A stretch of 64,000 nucleotides of DNA, taken from Alphaproteobacteria bacterium (GTDB lineage Bacteria; Pseudomonadota; Alphaproteobacteria; Micavibrionales; Micavibrionaceae). The notes below the pieces were generated by a model. The model was not told the origin of the DNA. It did not search any database and saw nothing but the letters and a program-made list of their open reading frames with translations. Made by a program: the position numbers and the translations under genes. Numbering within the stretch: position 1 is the first letter of the stretch; each line of letters opens with the position of its first letter. The stretch covers positions 4,020-68,019 of the forward strand of contig JAGRKB010000006.1 of assembly GCA_020442425.1 (NCBI GenBank). The letters run 5' to 3'. This document shows, piece after piece, positions 58,616 through 64,000 of the stretch.

Positions 58616-60007
58616 ATGGCTGAATTTGCATCACTCTTTTATCTCGTTTCATCAGTCCTATTCATACTTGCGCTTCGGGGATTATCCCACCCTGAAAGCG
58701 CCAGACAAGGCCTGAACTACGGAATGATGGGAATGGGGCTGGCAATTCTAACAACCCTATTGACCCCTGAAGTCCAGTCTTTCGGACTAATTGTATCGGG
58801 AATTATTATCGGCGGAACAATCGGTGCAGTCACAGCCGTAAAAATTCAAATGACCGCCCTTCCTCAATTAGTCGCAGCCTTCCATTCTCTTGTCGGTTTG
58901 GCTGCCGTTTGCGTCGCCGTTGCAGCTTTCCACAGCCCCGAAGCCTATGGCATTGGAACTCGCGGAAACATTCAAATTTCCTCTTTGATTGAAATGTCTT
59001 TGGGCGTGGCAATCGGAGCAATCACATTCACAGGTTCGATTATTGCATGGGGAAAGCTGCAAGGCGTAATTTCAGGAAAACCTCTAACATTCAGCGGTCA
59101 ACATTTGCTCAATGCATTAATCGCGGTAGGCTTAGTTGGATTAATCGTAATGCTTTGCCTATCAGAAAGCACCTCAACATTCTGGATGATAATCCTGCTG
59201 TCCTTAGCCTTGGGTGTTCTATTGATTATACCAATCGGTGGAGCCGATATGCCGGTCATCGTTTCAATGCTCAACTCCTATTCGGGATGGGCAGCAGCAG
59301 GCATAGGCTTCACACTCCAGAACCCGCTCCTAATTATTACAGGGGCACTGGTCGGAGCATCAGGAGCCATCCTGTCCTATATCATGTGTAAAGGAATGAA
59401 CCGCTCGTTCCTCAATGTTATCCTAGGGGGATTCGGCGCAGAGTCCGGAACAACAACCCATACAGGCCCATCAGATAAGGCCGCAAAAATCGGCTCCGCT
59501 GACGATGCTGCATTCATCATGAAAAACGCAGCCAAAGTCATCATCGTCCCAGGATACGGCATGGCCGTCGCACAGGCCCAACACGTCTTGCGTGAAATGG
59601 CAGACACATTAAAAGACCATGGAGTCGAAGTGCGATACGCTATTCATCCGGTTGCAGGTCGCATGCCCGGTCACATGAACGTCCTTCTGGCCGAAGCCAA
59701 CGTCCCCTACGACGAAGTCTTTGAACTCGAAGACATCAACCGTGATTTTGCGCAAGCCGACGTTGCCTATGTTATCGGTGCAAACGACATCACCAACCCC
59801 GCAGCCAGAACAGACCCCTCTTCCCCCATCTACGGAATGCCCGTCCTTGATGTAGACCGAGCAAAAACAGTTCTCTTTGTGAAACGCTCCATGGGAACAG
59901 GATATGCGGGCGTAGACAACCCTCTCTTCTTCGAAGATAACACGCTGATGCTGTTGGGAGACGCCAAGAAGATGACCGAAGAAATTGTGAAAGCCTTAGA
60001 AGCTTAA
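58616..60007 (+). CDS. pntB: NAD(P) transhydrogenase subunit beta
   Basis: 463 aa with a polytopic N-terminus. The dIII domain reads IIVPGYGMAVAQAQH...IHPVAGRMPGHMNVLLAEA...VIGANDITNPAA. Confidence 0.95.
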   Translation: MAEFASLFYLVSSVLFILALRGLSHPESARQGLNYGMMGMGLAILTTLLTPEVQSFGLIVSGIIIGGTIGAVTAVKIQMTALPQLVAAFHSLVGLAAVCVAVAAFHSPEAYGIGTRGNIQISSLIEMSLGVAIGAITFTGSIIAWGKLQGVISGKPLTFSGQHLLNALIAVGLVGLIVMLCLSESTSTFWMIILLSLALGVLLIIPIGGADMPVIVSMLNSYSGWAAAGIGFTLQNPLLIITGALVGASGAILSYIMCKGMNRSFLNVILGGFGAESGTTTHTGPSDKAAKIGSADDAAFIMKNAAKVIIVPGYGMAVAQAQHVLREMADTLKDHGVEVRYAIHPVAGRMPGHMNVLLAEANVPYDEVFELEDINRDFAQADVAYVIGANDITNPAARTDPSSPIYGMPVLDVDRAKTVLFVKRSMGTGYAGVDNPLFFEDNTLMLLGDAKKMTEEIVKALEA

Positions 60008-60011
60008 ATGA

Positions 60012-60036
60012 AACGCCCCATAGGGGCGTTTTTTTT
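60012..60036 (+). terminator. Rho-independent terminator after pntB
   Basis: An aacgcccc-ata-ggggcgtt hairpin is followed by a T-run. Confidence 0.8.
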
Positions 60037-60053
60037 GCATTTATTTGAAACAG

Positions 60054-60371
60054 CTATTGAGGCTCGCGAAATCTTTGTAAAAAATTTGCGTAAGCACGAG
60101 AAATCGGCTTGGATTGCACCCACCTATTAACAGGAGTTTTCCAATAAGGCACATCTTCAACGATTGAACGGACAGTAGATGCAGCTAGAGCAAAAGAAGC
60201 CACAACCGAAACGGCCTGAACAACAGGATGATGAGAGATGAAAGAAACTGCAGCAAAAGCCAAAGAGGCTGCAGGCCTTACTTTTGGTAAAAATTCGCTC
60301 ACAGCGTGGCGAACCCCACGATTAATTTCTTCTTGATCCGCCTTATATTGGACAGGAATCCCCTGACTCAT
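60054..60371 (-). CDS. Hypothetical small membrane protein
   Basis: 105 aa with two hydrophobic spans. I recognise no family. Confidence 0.4.
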   Translation of the reverse strand: MSQGIPVQYKADQEEINRGVRHAVSEFLPKVRPAASLAFAAVSFISHHPVVQAVSVVASFALAASTVRSIVEDVPYWKTPVNRWVQSKPISRAYANFLQRFREPQ

Positions 60372-60494
60372 AACACACCTCTTTCTTTTATTTGACGATT
60401 TAAATCTTCTTATTCGCAGACAATACTCGTTTCCCAGAAAACTGTCAAAATAAACAGACTCATTTCACATTCCAAAAATCATAATATCTCAAAT

Positions 60495-61262
60495 TTAAAG
60501 AGACAAAGTAGCACCTTGCCCATCAGAATATCTTTTCGATTGGGCAATAAGACCAATCGCCTCAGAAACAGAGGTTGTTTTTGCATCAACTCCTGAAGGC
60601 AAAGAATTTCCATTCAAAACGGAATTTATCCAAATAGTCTTGACCCCAAATCGATGAGCATTTTCCAAATTAGGAAGTTTATCATCAATAAGACAAGATC
60701 GACGAAAATCCGAAGAGATCATTCCTTCACCTTTTAACAACGGGAATACGTAACTAGAGCGCTTAAAAGGACGGTTTTCACCTTCATTACGAAGCCTCAC
60801 ATCAGCAATACGCTCGGCGGAAAGATGCTCATCAATATCCGCCCTCCTCACAACACGCTCGAGTTGATCGATGCAACCATCCGTAAATAAAGAGACGCGA
60901 ACAGTTGGATCAATCAGTTTCAAACTGTCTAATGCCGTTCTTAAATGAGGGTCAGTTTTTGTCCACTGATGTGTTAATGCACCTCTCGAGCTGTGAACCA
61001 GTCGTTGAACAGAAGAACCAGAAAGAAATACATCGTCAGAATGCAGTCCACTCATTAACGCTTGGGCTGAGGTTATCAGATTGACCGGATTCAAAAGCCC
61101 GGTGCCTAACCCCTGTACAGCCGATTTTTGAAAGACACGCAAATAACATTCAATTCGATATCCAATATCCCTCAAAGAATAAAAAGTGCCGTCAATATCC
61201 AGTAGCAAATCATGAACATCTTTGAAATCCGATAAATTCTTACAAACAATAGCCATCAACAC
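60495..61262 (-). CDS. HAD-superfamily hydrolase
   Basis: Motif I is LLDIDGTFYS (DxDxT). Motif IV-like is LIDDKLPNL. Confidence 0.65.
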   Translation of the reverse strand: MLMAIVCKNLSDFKDVHDLLLDIDGTFYSLRDIGYRIECYLRVFQKSAVQGLGTGLLNPVNLITSAQALMSGLHSDDVFLSGSSVQRLVHSSRGALTHQWTKTDPHLRTALDSLKLIDPTVRVSLFTDGCIDQLERVVRRADIDEHLSAERIADVRLRNEGENRPFKRSSYVFPLLKGEGMISSDFRRSCLIDDKLPNLENAHRFGVKTIWINSVLNGNSLPSGVDAKTTSVSEAIGLIAQSKRYSDGQGATLSL

Positions 61263-61378
61263 TGCTCAAAAATGCCAAGGACATTGCTCGACTTTTCTTA
61301 CTCTTTTTCATTTAAAACAGAAACAGGGATACCAAAAATCGGCACCCCTGTCAATAAATATGTAAATTACGTTATAAA

Positions 61379-61801
61379 TTAACCTACTATTTCTGACCCT
61401 GCAAAGAAATAGGCAATTTCAATAGCAGCGTTTTCAAGGCTGTCAGAACCATGAACAGAGTTTGCTTCAATGCTTTCTGCGAAATCTTTACGGATAGTGC
61501 CATCAGCAGCATCAGCAGGGTTTGTAGCGCCCATAATCTCACGGTTTTTAAGAACAGCGCCTTCGCCTTCCAGAACCTGAACAACAACAGGACCGGAAAT
61601 CATAAAGCTCACCAATTCACCATAGAACGGACGAGCCGCATGAACTTCATAGAATTTCTTGGCTTGTGCTTCGGTCATTTGAATACGTTTTTGAGCAACA
61701 ATACGCAAACCGGCCTTTTCAAAACGGTCGTTAATTGCACCGGTCAGGTTACGCTTGGTTGCATCCGGCTTGATAATGGAGAATGTACGTTCAATTGCCA
61801 T
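61379..61801 (-). CDS. ndk: Nucleoside-diphosphate kinase
   Basis: Begins [23 protein letters not shown]. The active-site His lies in NSVHGSDS. Confidence 0.95.
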   Translation of the reverse strand: MAIERTFSIIKPDATKRNLTGAINDRFEKAGLRIVAQKRIQMTEAQAKKFYEVHAARPFYGELVSFMISGPVVVQVLEGEGAVLKNREIMGATNPADAADGTIRKDFAESIEANSVHGSDSLENAAIEIAYFFAGSEIVG

Positions 61802-62069
61802 TTAAAGTCCTCTTTTTCAGGTTTTCGGTCATATTTGGATGCCCTGCTTATAGGGGTTGGCAAGAGAAAAAACAAGGGCAATTCTTAATATGCATTTTAA
61901 TCATATCTTTATTGTGCAAAACGCATAAAATTTCCTTGCTTTTTTAAAAAAATGGCGCAAAATCCAAGAGTAACTTAATTTTTTTAATTGACGACACAAC
62001 GAAACGAGTCGTACCATTTTATAAAGAAAAATAAGAAAAAAAGACTACAAAACAGGGAATTAACCATAA

Positions 62070-63128
62070 ATGACATCTAATATTGTCGCATTACAAAAAA
62101 AACATGGGCTAACAAAATTAGAGGCCCGAATTCTCCCCGGAAATCCTATCAGACGGGGAATCCATCGAAATGACCTTAACAGTAGCACTTGCCCAAGCCC
62201 TGATGCCCTGACATCTTTCATTAGAGCAGGCAGCCCGTATTTTGACAGACTGTTCAATTCATTCGTTGCGCCTGTGGGTTTATCTGCCTTTACATGCACA
62301 AAAGCTATCGAGAGCATTGAAAGAAAAGAACTACACGAAAAAGGTGACAGAACACACATCCACGACATTTTTCGGGGAACTTGCCTTTTTCAAACAAAAG
62401 AACAATTAGAAGCCATTCGTCAAATGCTCTCTGACAGTCTGACCGGAAAACCGATTGAAGGAACAGAAGGTTTTAGAATCATTGATATTGTTGACACCGT
62501 CGGTATTCCTCAATCTAAATTGACCGATGGCACTCTACCAAGAATTAAAGTTCAGGTGAGTTTTATGCATGGCGGGAAGAAACTCACCGGTGAAATGATT
62601 TTCATGGAAAATGGTTTCTTCAAAGATGGGTACCTCCCCTCACATTCAGCCTACGAAGAATTTCGCGGCCTGAAAGCTGCTTTTGCAGGGACAAATGTTC
62701 CAGAAATAAGAGATCTCGCCAGACTTAATGGCAACCATTACATAGCAGAATCGGATCTTAAAAACCTCATGGAGATGGATTGGGCAGACGCGACAAGAAC
62801 CGCCCTTCATTTGGAAGCCGCAGAGACCCACATGAATAGTGCTTTTGCTATTCAACGCGAATACGGGCGTCTAAACGGAACAGATGGCATTCTATTTGCA
62901 AAATTAACTTCTCCTTCTGGAACAACACAATACGTGACTCCTTCTCCAGAAACAGGAAAGTACGAACTGTTAAGTACAAGTCAAATACAGTCTCAAATAG
63001 CCTTATCAGGGGCTACAGAGATGACGGCAGAAAATTTCATTAAAGCCAGTGAAGCCATTGCAAGGAGCCGAGAAACTCTTCCGGCAGCAGCTGTCGCAAA
63101 CGGGCTAATGCACTATAGAAATCAGTAA
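62070..63128 (+). CDS. Hypothetical protein; central region shows RelA/SpoT-synthetase-like motif spacing (tentative)
   Basis: 352 aa with an AT-rich 268-bp upstream region. See the finding for motif details. A terminator-like hairpin gggct-aacc-agccc lies just after the stop. Confidence 0.5.
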   Translation: MTSNIVALQKKHGLTKLEARILPGNPIRRGIHRNDLNSSTCPSPDALTSFIRAGSPYFDRLFNSFVAPVGLSAFTCTKAIESIERKELHEKGDRTHIHDIFRGTCLFQTKEQLEAIRQMLSDSLTGKPIEGTEGFRIIDIVDTVGIPQSKLTDGTLPRIKVQVSFMHGGKKLTGEMIFMENGFFKDGYLPSHSAYEEFRGLKAAFAGTNVPEIRDLARLNGNHYIAESDLKNLMEMDWADATRTALHLEAAETHMNSAFAIQREYGRLNGTDGILFAKLTSPSGTTQYVTPSPETGKYELLSTSQIQSQIALSGATEMTAENFIKASEAIARSRETLPAAAVANGLMHYRNQ

Positions 63129-63194
63129 AAAAAGGGCTAACCAGCCCCTTCTTTAGTCATTTGTCAAATACCCGCACCCCATGCTCCCTTATTT

Positions 63195-63330
63195 CGCAAC
63201 CCCGGACTTGATCCGGGGTCTTACATGAACTCGAAACAGACCCCGCATTAAATGCGGGATTTCGGGCATTAGACTATATTTTAGAACACCAAACTCTTTG
63301 CGTTCCATTGCGTCCTTTGCGTTAAAAAAC
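63195..63330. repeat. Repeat cluster I
   Basis: Contains ccccggacttgatccgggg (~63200-63218), ccccgcattaaatgcgggat and a ctttgcg-periodic tract ending in ttaaaaaac. Confidence 0.8.
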
Positions 63331-63333
63331 AAA

Positions 63334-64000
63334 CTACCCCAGCATCTTCTCGATAGCAGACACAGCATCATTGGCGGCATCAACATTGGTGCCACCGGCC
63401 TGCGCCATATCAGGACGACCACCGCCGCCTTTACCGCCTAGAGCTTCAGCCCCTGCCCGCACCAAATCAACAGCACTGATTTTAGATGTAAGATCATCAG
63501 TAACCGCCACAACGATCGATGCTTTCCCGTCCATGGTCGCAATCAAAGTCACAACACCGGATCCAATCTGGGTTTTGAAATCATCTGCCATAGATTTTAA
63601 ATCCTTGGCAGGAACGTCTTCCAAAATACGCGCAATAAATTTCACACCGCCAATATCTTTGGCTTGAGGAGCTGAATCATTCGCCCCACCCCCTGTGGCC
63701 ATCTTACGCCGCAAATTGGTAATTTCTTGTTCCAGTTTTTTCTTTTCATCCAGCAAGGCGCGTACACGCTCAGCAACATCAGTTGCATTGGTTTTAAGAA
63801 GGCCTGCCGTTTCAAGCAGACGTCCTTCCTGTTCTTCCAGATATGCCAAAGCCGTAGCCCCAGCCACCGCCTCAACACGGCGCACACCGGAACTGACAGC
63901 AGATTCAGAGACAATCTTGAACAATCCGATCTCGCCTGTACGGGACACATGCGTCCCACCACACAACTCGACAGAAAACGGAATTTTGCCCTGAGCATTA
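63334..64000 (-). CDS. alaS: Alanine--tRNA ligase, C-terminal part (5' end beyond window)
   Basis: CGGTHVSRTGEIGLFKIVSESAVSSGVRRVEAV and the C-terminal GGKGGGGRPDMAQAGG (DHHA1 region) are present. The frame stays open up to the window end. Confidence 0.9.
   Translation of the reverse strand, partial: NAQGKIPFSVELCGGTHVSRTGEIGLFKIVSESAVSSGVRRVEAVAGATALAYLEEQEGRLLETAGLLKTNATDVAERVRALLDEKKKLEQEITNLRRKMATGGGANDSAPQAKDIGGVKFIARILEDVPAKDLKSMADDFKTQIGSGVVTLIATMDGKASIVVAVTDDLTSKISAVDLVRAGAEALGGKGGGGRPDMAQAGGTNVDAANDAVSAIEKMLG

Overview
This is a 64-kb chromosomal segment that I assign to an alphaproteobacterium. The evidence is hemA-type 5-aminolevulinate synthase, CpdR, an ELM1/DUF1022 protein, the sdhE-mfd / recG neighbourhood, split pntAA/pntAB/pntB, a 41-aa L36 and a Caulobacter-type cpa/tad pilus locus. 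Nothing below class level can be determined from the sequence alone. GC looks mid-40s percent by eye; I did not compute it.

I support about 60 protein genes and one tRNA (Val-GAC). I see no rRNA, CRISPR, transposase/IS or phage integrase.

The housekeeping backbone is priA, tal, DUF484-xerC, lpdA, a ribokinase-like gene, hemA, trxB, aatA, mfd, sdhE, recG, rluD, cpdR, mreB, rpmJ, pntAA/AB/B, ndk and alaS (partial).

The accessory or unusual content is:
1. A dense, modular family of short palindromic repeats fills many intergenic regions. One copy is inserted in frame inside xerC.
2. A repeat-riddled islet at 4.1-7.4 kb holds small unknown genes.
3. A promoter-equipped three-gene cassette at 11.8-15.1 kb encodes an unknown 407-aa protein, a PfkB kinase and a tandem-domain CMP/dCMP-type deaminase. 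This is my best candidate for an undescribed system.
4. Two tandem patatin-like phospholipases are preceded by a three-hairpin candidate sRNA or leader.
5. Two membrane-protein genes are wedged between sdhE-mfd and recG.
6. A complete flp/cpa/tad pilus locus sits next to tRNA-Val, which carries a 30-bp duplication of its own 3' end.
7. The pnt operon is interrupted by two paralogous orphan solute-binding proteins.
8. A solitary 352-aa protein has motif spacing that resembles a divergent RelA/SpoT-type nucleotidyltransferase.

All functional calls rest on motif recognition by eye, with no searches run. Hand-derived coordinates for non-ORF features may be off by 1-2 nt.
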